Origin: Patescibacteria group bacterium
GTDB lineage: Bacteria > Patescibacteriota > Patescibacteriia > UBA1558 > UBA10009
Reading direction: 5' to 3'
Length of the DNA stretch: 64,000 bases
NCBI GenBank assembly: GCA_018817315.1
Contig: JAHITV010000035.1
Span: forward strand, 22,473 to 86,472
The notes beneath the pieces were generated by a model, which was not told the origin of the DNA, made no database searches, and saw nothing but the letters and a program-made list of their open reading frames with translations. Position numbers and translations under genes: made by a program. Shown one piece after another: positions 9,429 through 18,942 of this stretch (positions within the stretch are counted from its first letter, which is position 1; each line of letters begins with the position of its first letter).

Positions 9429-10022
9429 ATGAAACCTGCCAAAAAAATTTGTATAATCATAATTTTTATTTCATTATTGACAATTATTTTTTCCTATCAA
9501 ATAAATAACGCTCTAGCCTTTACTCAAAGTGAAAAATATAAAGGTTATCTTGATATTGCCAGAGAACAAAGCGGCTATAATACAATAAATGATGTTAGTC
9601 AGCTACCTGCTAGAATTATTGTCTTGATATTAGGATTTGTCGGCATAATCTTTTTGATTTTGATTATTATTTCCGGCTTTCAGTGGATGACAGCAAGCGG
9701 CAATGAGGAAAAAATTAGCAGTGCCCGTAAACGAATAATTAATGCTTCTATTGGTCTGGGTATTACTTTATGCGCCTTTATTATCTCTTATGGTATTTTT
9801 AAACTGTTTTATGAACAAACCTTACAAGTACCAAGCGGAGGTATAGAACCGCCGCCAGGGGCAGGAGAAATAATTCCTTGCAGTTCTGATATACAATGTG
9901 AAGATAGATCGCCAAGAATTTATTGTCTTAGTGGAAACTGTGTTGAATGCATAGAAGACGCTCACTGTACTCTTGATAAATATTGTCATCCCAGTTGGCA
10001 TGCCTGCCTGCCTTCTCCTTAA
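9429..10022 (+). CDS. VirB2/TrbC-like pilin family protein, paralog 8, with Cys-rich C-terminal tail
   Basis: Core SGFQWMTASGNEEKISSARKR. Tail CSSDIQCEDRSPRIYCLSGNCVECIEDAHCTLDKYCHPSWHAC. Confidence 0.6.
   Translation: MKPAKKICIIIIFISLLTIIFSYQINNALAFTQSEKYKGYLDIAREQSGYNTINDVSQLPARIIVLILGFVGIIFLILIIISGFQWMTASGNEEKISSARKRIINASIGLGITLCAFIISYGIFKLFYEQTLQVPSGGIEPPPGAGEIIPCSSDIQCEDRSPRIYCLSGNCVECIEDAHCTLDKYCHPSWHACLPSP
9628..9694 (+). repeat. 67-bp segment identical to 9024..9090 (inside paralog 8 core region)
   Basis: Same 67-mer as above. Confidence 0.85.
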
Positions 10023-10042
10023 AGATTATTTATTATACCTAT

Positions 10043-10450
10043 ATGAAAATTATAAATAAAATTAAAATCAAATTAATTCTTTTACTGGCGAGTTTAACTT
10101 TTTTGCCGGCTGAAATTTCTAAAGCCCAAAATCCTCTTGAGCGTTTAAAAAGTACTGCTTCTCAATCCGGCTATGCCACTCAACAGGTTACCCCGGCAGA
10201 AACTGTAGCTACTATTATTATTTATGTGCTGGGATTTATTGGTTTAATTTTTCTGGCAGTTACAATTTTTTCCGGCTTTCAGTGGATGACAGCCGGAGGC
10301 AATGAGGAAAAAATCAGTGAAGCTAAAAAACGTTTGCAGTATGCAGTTATTGGCTTACTAGTAATCTTAGCGGCTTATACTATAACCATCTTTGTTTCTC
10401 GTGCTCTAATTCATTCAACTACCCAATATTATTACGGTCCTTATCCATGA
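10043..10450 (+). CDS. VirB2/TrbC-like pilin family protein, paralog 9
   Basis: Core SGFQWMTAGGNEEKISEAKKR. Start at internal ATG (MKIINKIKIK) rather than the overlapping upstream ATG at 9983. Confidence 0.55.
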   Translation: MKIINKIKIKLILLLASLTFLPAEISKAQNPLERLKSTASQSGYATQQVTPAETVATIIIYVLGFIGLIFLAVTIFSGFQWMTAGGNEEKISEAKKRLQYAVIGLLVILAAYTITIFVSRALIHSTTQYYYGPYP

Positions 10451-10469
10451 AAATATTTATTGATTTATA

Positions 10470-10497
10470 AGAGCCCTGAAAAGTGGCTCTTTTTTAT
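10470..10497 (+). terminator. rho-independent terminator closing the pilin array
   Basis: agagcc-ctgaaaagt-ggctct hairpin followed by TTTTTTATTT. Confidence 0.55.
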
Positions 10498-10525
10498 TTA
10501 AATTAAAATTGATAAAATAGGAATA

Positions 10526-12490
10526 ATGCCAATCTTTCTAAAAAAACATTCTAAAAAAATCCTGTGGCTGGGGATCTTTCTTTATTTTTCTATTTTTTGT
10601 GGAATCTGTATCTGGAAATATTCCCAGTTTGGCTATAATGGCTTGGATTTAGCGATTTTTAATCAGGTTTATTCCAACTCAACTGTTGGGCAACTTTTTC
10701 AATTTACTATTCATCCCCAATCTTATTTAGGCGATCACCTGGCTTTGATTATTATTCCCCTGCTACCGCTTTATTATTTTTTCCGACATCCTCTTTGTTT
10801 ATTAATCATGCAAACCTTGATTATTGCTCTTACTGCTTGGCCTATTTATAAAATCTCTCAAAAATTGTTTGCTGGCTTATGGCCTTTGTTTTTTAGTTTG
10901 GCCTGGCTATTTAATCCTTTTACGCAAAATATTAATATTTTTGAGTTCCATCATCTGCCTTTTGCTGTTTTTTTGATTTTTTGGGCTTTTTATTTTTACC
11001 AAAATAAACGTTTTACTTATTTTATTCTGTTTACTGTACTTAGTTTAATGGTCCGTGAAGATGTTGCTTTGGTAATGGTAATGTTTCCGATTCTGGCTCT
11101 TTTAGAAAAAAGAGGGATTAAATGGATTATCTGGCCTGGTTTAATTTCTCTTGGTTGGTTTTTTGTAGCTATAAAAATAATCTCTTATTTTTCTCCGGAA
11201 AGTCAATATAAATTTCTTTATTACTATTCCTGGCTTGGTCAAAGCTGGACAGAAATAATCATCAATACTTTCGCTCATCCTTTATTAGTGCTTAAACACC
11301 TTGCCACTTGGCATAATTTGATGTTCACCTTGGGGTTAATGCTACCCTTTGCTTATCTTTTAAAAATCAGATATTTATTATTAGGATTTCTGATTTATTT
11401 ACAGCTTATTTTTGGCGGTTCTAGTAATTCCACTATTATTCTTAGTCTTCATTATTCAGCTTTGCTTTTACCAGCGCTTTTTATTGCTTTTATTTATTTT
11501 ATAAAAAATATTACGAAATTATCTCCGCAAAATAAATTAAAGCTTTTTTTAGGCAGAGAAAAATTATTAACTGTCAGTATTATAACTATAGCAATTATTT
11601 ATTCCTGCTTGACCCTTGGTCCCTTACCTGCAGTAATAAAAAATCTGGTTAAACCAACCAAAACAATAGAAATTACTAATGCTAAAAAGGAATTCCTACA
11701 AACTGTATCAGTTAAAAACAGTGTTGTTACTACTTATGAATTTTTAGCACCGCTTTCTAATCGTTCTGATATTTACTCACTTCATTATGCTTTTATTGGC
11801 AAACAACAATTCTCTGATGTTAATTATACTTTGCCTGAAAATTTAGATGTAATGCTTATTGACTTTGATGATTTTCTTACTTATGAATTGCAATTCCCTA
11901 ATATTAAAGCTTGGCAACAATATTATCAAGATGGCGATAATAATATAAGAAAATTAATAAAGGAACGAGACTTTAAAGTAACTAAAGTTTTTGATTCTTT
12001 AGTCCTAATGGAAAAAGATAAGGACTTGGATATAATTTTATATGAAAGAGGAAATAATTTTAATAATATTCAACACCCCAAAAAAATAAATCTTGATAAC
12101 AAGATAAATTTTCTAGGCTGGAATGATAATCAATCAATCTCTGATCAAAATTTAAAATCTTTCAGTTTTTATTGGCAAGCTACTAAAAAACTGGAAGAAA
12201 ATTACCAGCTTAAATTAATTTTAAAAGATGAAAATGATCAGATTATTTATGAAAAAATTTATGCCTTAGCTTATGGTCTTTGCCCTACTACTGAATGGCA
12301 AACCAATGAAGTAATTAAAACAAATTATTGGTTTTATACCCCTCAAAAAATAGCTAATCTTAGCTATAAAATAGAACTTGAATTAGTTGAGTTAAAGGGC
12401 TTTTTAAAACTTGATGGCTTACGTTCTGTTATACCAATAATTACTAAAGAAAATAAATTAACTCCCCATATCAAATTACTTGATAAATAA
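10526..12490 (+). CDS. DUF2079-like polytopic membrane protein
   Basis: More than 12 predicted TM helices. N-terminal YSQFGYNGLDLAIFNQVYSNS motif resembles DUF2079 proteins, with a large C-terminal extracytoplasmic domain. Confidence 0.45.
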   Translation: MPIFLKKHSKKILWLGIFLYFSIFCGICIWKYSQFGYNGLDLAIFNQVYSNSTVGQLFQFTIHPQSYLGDHLALIIIPLLPLYYFFRHPLCLLIMQTLIIALTAWPIYKISQKLFAGLWPLFFSLAWLFNPFTQNINIFEFHHLPFAVFLIFWAFYFYQNKRFTYFILFTVLSLMVREDVALVMVMFPILALLEKRGIKWIIWPGLISLGWFFVAIKIISYFSPESQYKFLYYYSWLGQSWTEIIINTFAHPLLVLKHLATWHNLMFTLGLMLPFAYLLKIRYLLLGFLIYLQLIFGGSSNSTIILSLHYSALLLPALFIAFIYFIKNITKLSPQNKLKLFLGREKLLTVSIITIAIIYSCLTLGPLPAVIKNLVKPTKTIEITNAKKEFLQTVSVKNSVVTTYEFLAPLSNRSDIYSLHYAFIGKQQFSDVNYTLPENLDVMLIDFDDFLTYELQFPNIKAWQQYYQDGDNNIRKLIKERDFKVTKVFDSLVLMEKDKDLDIILYERGNNFNNIQHPKKINLDNKINFLGWNDNQSISDQNLKSFSFYWQATKKLEENYQLKLILKDENDQIIYEKIYALAYGLCPTTEWQTNEVIKTNYWFYTPQKIANLSYKIELELVELKGFLKLDGLRSVIPIITKENKLTPHIKLLDK

Positions 12491-14120
12491 CCACCTCATT
12501 ATTCTGATAAACAGGTTTAAGATAATTTTTTTCTTGCGGATTAAAACTTTCTAAAAATCTTTCTTGCGAACCGTAAAATATATAGTTAATACCCTCATAT
12601 TTTAACCACTCATATTTTTCTTTATCCCCTTTATTGGTTTTAAAAAACCATAATTTGACTTTGAATAATTTGAACATCCAATCGCCTGTCTGATGACCGT
12701 GACCGATATACACTTTATTGGCAGTAACAGCTGGAATTATATTACCGGTTTTTGCACTGCTTAAAATTACCTTATCCTTACTGATGTTATTTTTAAGCCA
12801 AAGCATGGCTTGATATTCTTCTTGTTTGAGATAATAAAGCGGAGGCCTGGTGCTTAAAATCACAATATCTTGACCGACATTATAAAAAGTGGAAGAAATT
12901 AATAAAAACCCCAAACTCATTACTAAAAAAGCGCGAACAGAATAATATTTAAGCATTTCCTGCCAGAAAAATCTTTTATTCAGATAATTAATGACTAAAT
13001 ATAATCCTAAAACTGCAATTATAACCATTGGCAAATGCAGTCCGTTTGATAATCTTCTTTGAAACTGCAAAGGCACAAATAATAAAAACCAACCAACAAT
13101 TGACCAAATGCCCAAGAAACGCCAATAATTATTTTGGCTCTTTACTGCTTTATAAATACCGAATAAATAGAAGATAAAAATCAAACCATAGCCAACAGCA
13201 TAATTAAAAAATCTAGGAGATAAAGTTATATTTTGTACTGCCCAGACTGCAAAAGAGGAATCAGTGAATTTTAACCATAAAAAATATAAAATAGCCAAGC
13301 TGGAAACCACGAATATAACTGCCAGTTTAGAAAACTGTTTCCATGAGATCTTTTTTTGTTTTAGACAATTAACTAAAAACCAGCAACCAACCACAGTATA
13401 AATAATTATCAGATCATAAGGATGAAAAATACCTAAGAATAAAGTTATAAAACTGATAAATATAACAGATAACCAATTAGTTTTGTTTAATCGTTCAATT
13501 AACCACCAAAAAATAAATAAAATGAAAATTTGTGAAAGAATAAATAAAGGTGAATGATATAAAGTTAAAAAAGTATTACCTTCCGAAACCCACATATCTG
13601 TACCAAAAGTATTATACATATTTTCTGCGCTCCAAGGTTTATTAAGAGTAAATACTCCTAAACCTGATCCCAAACAAATAGCAAAAAAACAAACTTTTTT
13701 CCATTTGATTTTATTAAAAAATCTACTAATAAACAGATAAATAAAATATAAAAAAACAGCACCTAGTAAAATTCTGGCAAAATGGAAAATAAATACTTTT
13801 GATAAACCGGTTATTGCCGTCAGCCAACCCAAAACCAGCCAAACCGGCGAAAAAATCTTTGCTACAGCTGCTTCGGAAGTATAAAGATTATGGAATAAAA
13901 GATGGCCTTGCATGGCTTCTTCTATTTGCGAAAAATAAACCATTTTATCTGCTCCGGCAATAACAGTAAAGCCAGTGTAATGTAAATTTGGAGGAGTAGA
14001 AAGCCAGCCATAAATGACTGGTATCACCGAAATTAATAAGGTAAGAAAAATCAGGAAAAAAACAAAATTCTTTTCTTTACCACTGATTGATTTGTGAACT
14101 TCTTTAATAAAAGAAAACAT
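12471..14120 (-). CDS. polytopic membrane protein, putative GT-C fold glycosyltransferase (PMT/ArnT-like)
   Basis: 549 aa with about 12 TM helices, a first-loop acidic motif and a C-terminal soluble domain. Architecture resembles GT39/GT83 enzymes; no motif-level certainty. Confidence 0.4.
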   Translation of the reverse strand: MFSFIKEVHKSISGKEKNFVFFLIFLTLLISVIPVIYGWLSTPPNLHYTGFTVIAGADKMVYFSQIEEAMQGHLLFHNLYTSEAAVAKIFSPVWLVLGWLTAITGLSKVFIFHFARILLGAVFLYFIYLFISRFFNKIKWKKVCFFAICLGSGLGVFTLNKPWSAENMYNTFGTDMWVSEGNTFLTLYHSPLFILSQIFILFIFWWLIERLNKTNWLSVIFISFITLFLGIFHPYDLIIIYTVVGCWFLVNCLKQKKISWKQFSKLAVIFVVSSLAILYFLWLKFTDSSFAVWAVQNITLSPRFFNYAVGYGLIFIFYLFGIYKAVKSQNNYWRFLGIWSIVGWFLLFVPLQFQRRLSNGLHLPMVIIAVLGLYLVINYLNKRFFWQEMLKYYSVRAFLVMSLGFLLISSTFYNVGQDIVILSTRPPLYYLKQEEYQAMLWLKNNISKDKVILSSAKTGNIIPAVTANKVYIGHGHQTGDWMFKLFKVKLWFFKTNKGDKEKYEWLKYEGINYIFYGSQERFLESFNPQEKNYLKPVYQNNEVVIYQVI

Positions 14121-14189
14121 CTCTTATATTTTAATAAAGATTTTAAAATAAACAATGGAAAATTATTAAAGTTATTGCTGGCCTCTTTT

Positions 14190-15758
14190 TTATTTCCATA
14201 AATTAGTTTGCCAATAATAAATTTTGCTTTCTGAATCTTCATATAGCAAAGTAAAGTTAGGGTTTAGTTTTAAAGTATTATCTAGGGTCTGATGTTTTTT
14301 ATCCAAAAAAACATAATCAGCTTTAAACTGTTCTTGAATAATTTTACCTAAATCTATCTGTCTACTGCCTAATGTTATATTAACATACTGCCAATATTTC
14401 TCCTTATTATATTCATACATAAAAGTGGGGTCAAGACCAGTAAGATAATAATTATGATCATTGTAATAAAAAAGGGCGGGAAAATCATCCCAATCAGCAT
14501 GAAATATTACTGAATGAAGCGGCGTATTCTCTCTTAACCAACTACTGGCTTTTTGGTAATGGTTTAAGGGAAATCCTTGCTCCATATCCTTTTTAACTGT
14601 TCTTAAATCATAAGGGATATTAATAATAAGGCCTAGTAAGATTACTGAAAACAATAAGCTAAAGGTCCATTTCCAGGTTCTACTTAAACCTAACCAGAGT
14701 TTTTGCGCTATTCTACTTTTAATGAAATCACTTAAACTAAAAGCAAAGAAAATAACAGTAAAAGGCACATACACCTCAACATAACGGCGGGATTTTAAGG
14801 TTAAAAGAAAAAAAGCTATGCCAAGTACGCCCCATAACCAGGAATAAACTGACTGTTTTTTTAAAGTTAAAATAAAAACGAAAATACCAACTAATAATAA
14901 AGAACAAATCAAAGGAGCGTCAGTTATTAGTTTTAAGAAACCATAAGGATACCATTCACCGCCCACTCCTATAACACGGTGATAATTTATCACAGCAATT
15001 TTTACAAATTGTTGCCAATAAAAAAACAAATTAGCAGGAAAATAAGGATTAATAACAATACCCGCTAAAATACCGCCGCCCAAACATGCTAATTCTGAAG
15101 CAGGAGACAATAATTTTTGATTAGTCTGATGTTTTCTACGAATAATCTTAACTATTTTAACTAAAATAGCATACAATACGCCCATTACTACTATTAAAGG
15201 CCAACCAGCATAAAGCCAAACGGAAGCAAAAGCAATAATAAATAACAGGATTTTCTTTTGATGGGTTAAACAATAAAAAGCTAAAATCATCAGAATTAAA
15301 AAAACTACTGGTACTTTGACTAAACTGATTCTAAAAAGCCAAGGTTGCGCTGCTAATAAAAAACAGATGAAAATAAAAGGCCATTTAATATGATACTGTT
15401 TAAATAACCAATAAATAATTAAAACTAAAAGAGTAGCAAAAATTACAGTAGCAGCTTTTACCCCGACTAGAGGGTTAAAAAAACTCACGACTGGTATTAA
15501 GAGTAAGTGATAAAGAAAATGATGGTCAACAAAAACATCTTTGAGGTTTGTTTCCTGGAGCCAAGGCAGTTGTTTAAGAATTTTTCCTGAACTTAATAAT
15601 TCTGATACTTTAGCATGATAAAAAGAATCTGGTTCAGGCAAGGTCTGGCTTGACTGTAGCCAAAAAAATAAGGTTAAAGCTAAAAGAACCACTAAAAAAT
15701 AGTCAAAAAGATACTTATAATTTATTCTTTCTAGCCATAATTTTAATTCATTAAACAT
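14190..15758 (-). CDS. polytopic membrane protein, putative GT-C fold glycosyltransferase (PMT/ArnT-like)
   Basis: 522 aa and multi-TM. Loop-1 PDSFYHAK resembles the DE/DxxY(H) motif of GT-C mannosyltransferases. C-terminal periplasmic domain. Confidence 0.4.
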   Translation of the reverse strand: MFNELKLWLERINYKYLFDYFLVVLLALTLFFWLQSSQTLPEPDSFYHAKVSELLSSGKILKQLPWLQETNLKDVFVDHHFLYHLLLIPVVSFFNPLVGVKAATVIFATLLVLIIYWLFKQYHIKWPFIFICFLLAAQPWLFRISLVKVPVVFLILMILAFYCLTHQKKILLFIIAFASVWLYAGWPLIVVMGVLYAILVKIVKIIRRKHQTNQKLLSPASELACLGGGILAGIVINPYFPANLFFYWQQFVKIAVINYHRVIGVGGEWYPYGFLKLITDAPLICSLLLVGIFVFILTLKKQSVYSWLWGVLGIAFFLLTLKSRRYVEVYVPFTVIFFAFSLSDFIKSRIAQKLWLGLSRTWKWTFSLLFSVILLGLIINIPYDLRTVKKDMEQGFPLNHYQKASSWLRENTPLHSVIFHADWDDFPALFYYNDHNYYLTGLDPTFMYEYNKEKYWQYVNITLGSRQIDLGKIIQEQFKADYVFLDKKHQTLDNTLKLNPNFTLLYEDSESKIYYWQTNLWK

Positions 15759-15815
15759 ATCACTTTAAACAAAGAAAAAATCCGAGAAAAACGGGCTTTT
15801 AATCTGCAAATATAA

Positions 15816-16838
15816 TCAACTCTTTAACTTGTTTTTTAAATAATCAACCCAAGGAATTTTGTTAGGATCAACTTTATTTATCTTAGCCAATTGATAAGAA
15901 AGTAAACTGCCAAAAACCAACATTTCCATAGCCTGGCTTGTTTTATCACCCTTAAATTCAAGGTTATTGTAAGTTATTTTTTTTCGGTAAAGAATTTTTT
16001 GGGTTATTAAATAACGTTTCTGATTTCTTAAATTATAACTTTTGGAAAAAAAGAAAAGAAAATGTAAAGTTTTCCTGTTACTTTTAGGAAAAGTTAATCC
16101 TTCCAAAAGATGATGGTTTAATTCCGGAATAGCGTAATAACAAGCTAGTTGTTTGGCTGATTCATTAATTTGGTTGGAAATAATATGAGCATTGCCTTGC
16201 AAAAATTCTGATGAGACAATAACAGGAATTTTGTTTACCAGCTTTTGGCTATACTTTTTTATTTGATCAAAATTCTGATATTTAATAAAGGCTTTATTAG
16301 TATATTTGATCATTTTAACTGCTTGATCTTGTGTTAATTTAATGAATTTTAATTTTTCAAGAATTGCTATTACTGAACCAATTAAATAACCAATACCTAT
16401 TCTGGGCTGTCCTGAGGGATTATTAATTGGCTCAAATATATAAAAGGGGATTTGTTTATTTTCAGCAATTTTTGCCAATTTACCATTACTGGTGATAATC
16501 ACCGCTTTTATTTTAAATTTAGTTATTAATTTACTTATAGTTATTACTTCTTCGGTATTACCAGAATAACTTATTAAAAAAACCAAAGTTTTTTTATCAA
16601 CAAATTTAGGCAAATAATAACCCCTTACTTGGGTGATGGGTAATTTTATTTTTTGGCTGAATAAATGACGGACCAAGTCAACTCCCAATTGCGAACCGCC
16701 CACGCCACAAGTTACGATCTTATTAACTTGTTTATAATCATCAGGTAATCTGATTTTTTTAGCTTCAGTATAAGACTGTTCTATTTGACTTCCTAATAAT
16801 TTAATGGATTGTAAATATACAGATTTGGTTTGTCTCAT
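15816..16838 (-). CDS. bifunctional phosphoglucose/phosphomannose isomerase (SIS domain)
   Basis: CGVGGSQLGVDLV SIS-domain phosphosugar-binding motif. About 340 aa, typical of archaeal-type PGI/PMI. Confidence 0.6.
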   Translation of the reverse strand: MRQTKSVYLQSIKLLGSQIEQSYTEAKKIRLPDDYKQVNKIVTCGVGGSQLGVDLVRHLFSQKIKLPITQVRGYYLPKFVDKKTLVFLISYSGNTEEVITISKLITKFKIKAVIITSNGKLAKIAENKQIPFYIFEPINNPSGQPRIGIGYLIGSVIAILEKLKFIKLTQDQAVKMIKYTNKAFIKYQNFDQIKKYSQKLVNKIPVIVSSEFLQGNAHIISNQINESAKQLACYYAIPELNHHLLEGLTFPKSNRKTLHFLFFFSKSYNLRNQKRYLITQKILYRKKITYNNLEFKGDKTSQAMEMLVFGSLLSYQLAKINKVDPNKIPWVDYLKNKLKS

Positions 16839-16998
16839 TAAAAAATTTTAAATTGTTAGTAATTAAATTATATCATAATTAAACACTATTTACGATTTAT
16901 CCAACGCCCTGCTTAGCGAAAGTGTTGGATTGTATAAAATGCTTGATTTTTTCCTTAAAATAAGGTAAAATTATTTATAATTGGGCTAATTTATTTTT

Positions 16999-17703
16999 AT
17001 GTCTGGCCACTCAAAATGGGCTACCACAAAAAGACGAAAAGCAGTTGTAGATGCTAAACGATCCTCTCTCTTTACTAAATTGGCTAATGCTATTTCTGTA
17101 GCGGCACGAGCAGGCAATGATACTGATAGTAACTTTAAATTAAGAATGGCTATTGATAAGGCCAAATCTTTTAGCTTGCCTAAAGATAATATTGAAAAAG
17201 CTGTTAAACGCGGTGCTGATAAACTTGACGGTAGTCAATTAGAAGAATTAATTTATGAAGGATACGGCCCAGAAAAAATTGCCTTAATTATGGAGGTAGT
17301 TACTGATAACAAAAATCGTACTTCACAAGAAATAAAACATCTTTTAACTAAATATGGGGGCACCTTGGCAGGACCAGGCAGTGTTAAATGGCAATTTGAA
17401 TATCAAGGCGTAATTACTTTGGATAAACAAAGTTTAACTGATGAAGAAGAATTAGCTATTATTGATGCCGGCGCAGAAGATATTAAAAATAAAGATGGTA
17501 TTACTATTTATACTAAAGTTGAAAGATTAGAAGAGGTAAAAAAGAAAATTGAAAAATTAAATTTACCGATATTAGATGCTGGGCTAGAATATATTGCCAA
17601 AAATTTAGTTAAACCTAAAAATGAAAACAGTCTTTTAAAACTTTTTGAAGCCCTGGATAAAGTTGATGATATTAGTAATTTTTATTCTAACGCTGATATT
17701 TAA
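16999..17703 (+). CDS. yebC: YebC/PmpR family DNA-binding transcriptional regulator
   Basis: Canonical N-terminus MSGHSKWATTKRRKAVVDAKR. Confidence 0.9.
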   Translation: MSGHSKWATTKRRKAVVDAKRSSLFTKLANAISVAARAGNDTDSNFKLRMAIDKAKSFSLPKDNIEKAVKRGADKLDGSQLEELIYEGYGPEKIALIMEVVTDNKNRTSQEIKHLLTKYGGTLAGPGSVKWQFEYQGVITLDKQSLTDEEELAIIDAGAEDIKNKDGITIYTKVERLEEVKKKIEKLNLPILDAGLEYIAKNLVKPKNENSLLKLFEALDKVDDISNFYSNADI

Positions 17704-18234
17704 ATGTCAAAACTCCTTAAAAAACCTATAATCATTCTGGGGTTGGATCCAGGATTAGCTGACACTGGTTATGGCATAATTAAAAAAAGAGGTCACCAAT
17801 TAAAAATGGTGTCTTATGGCAGTATTAAAACTAAAGCGGGAGAAAATTTTATTAAGCGGCTTGAAAAAATTTATCAAGCATTAACTAAAATAATAAAAAA
17901 ATATCAACCAGATTTAGTGGCGGTGGAACAACTTTTCTTTTGCAAAAATGTTAAAACGGCTCTTTTGGTTGGTCAAGCACGAGGTGTTTGTCTACTAACT
18001 ATTAGCCAACATCAACTACCTTGTTACGAATATACGCCACTGCAAATTAAACAAACTTTAACCGGCTATGGTAGGGCTGAAAAAAAACAGCTTGGCCAGA
18101 TGTTAAAAATTTTACTTAATCTTAAAACTATACCCGAATCTGATGATGCTGTAGACGCCCTGGCTATTGCTATTACCTGTAATCGTTTTTACGAAAATAA
18201 AATTTTGTCTAATTACTTTCCTAAAAAGAATTAA
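17704..18234 (+). CDS. ruvC: crossover junction endodeoxyribonuclease RuvC
   Basis: ILGLDPGLADTGYGII catalytic Asp motif. Sits immediately downstream of yebC, the common arrangement. Confidence 0.85.
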   Translation: MSKLLKKPIIILGLDPGLADTGYGIIKKRGHQLKMVSYGSIKTKAGENFIKRLEKIYQALTKIIKKYQPDLVAVEQLFFCKNVKTALLVGQARGVCLLTISQHQLPCYEYTPLQIKQTLTGYGRAEKKQLGQMLKILLNLKTIPESDDAVDALAIAITCNRFYENKILSNYFPKKN

Positions 18235-18240
18235 ATAATT

Positions 18241-18942
18241 ATGAAAGTGATAGGTTTATCTTCGGATATTTTATATAAAACAGTTCCTCCTACCTCAAAA
18301 AAAATCTTTAAAATATTTCGTAAAATTAACTGCCGCGCCGTTGAAATACATTGTCCTGCCAGCGAATTATCCTCTTTAGAAAGAATTGATCCTGCTGATT
18401 TACAAGGATTTACGCATGTTTCTCTTCATTTACCAAGTAGAGGGATAATTTATGACAATAATTCTAAAACCAAAAGAATTCTTGAACTAATACAAAGAAC
18501 TAAGGAAAAATTAAATTTTAAATGGGTGATAGTTCATCCTCATAAAGTAAAGAATTGGAATATCTTTAAGAATTGTTCATTCACAGTTGCCGTGGAAAAT
18601 ATGGATTATAAAAGAAATTTTGGTAAAAACGTTGAAGATTTAAAAAAAATTTTTAAAAATACTTTTCTAAAATTTATTTTAGATATTAATCATTGTTTTA
18701 CTAACGATAGATCATTAAAGCTAGTGGATGATTTATATAAAAATTTTAAAGATAAATTATGCGAAATCCATGTCAGTGGTTTTATCAAAAACCATGAGCC
18801 ACTACACCTAACCAAACAAAAGAAAATCCTGCAAGCGATTCCTGATTGTACTTGTCCTATTATTATTGAAAGTGTCTGTCTTAACGAAGATCAACTTAAG
18901 AAAGAATTTACCTATATTAATAATTTTTTCCATGCCTCATAA
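18241..18942 (+). CDS. hypothetical protein, possible sugar phosphate isomerase/epimerase (xylose isomerase-like TIM barrel)
   Basis: Spaced VIVHP...AVENMD...LDINHCF...EIHVSG motifs resemble the metal-ligand pattern of AP-endonuclease-2/xylose-isomerase-like TIM barrels. Confidence 0.3.
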   Translation: MKVIGLSSDILYKTVPPTSKKIFKIFRKINCRAVEIHCPASELSSLERIDPADLQGFTHVSLHLPSRGIIYDNNSKTKRILELIQRTKEKLNFKWVIVHPHKVKNWNIFKNCSFTVAVENMDYKRNFGKNVEDLKKIFKNTFLKFILDINHCFTNDRSLKLVDDLYKNFKDKLCEIHVSGFIKNHEPLHLTKQKKILQAIPDCTCPIIIESVCLNEDQLKKEFTYINNFFHAS

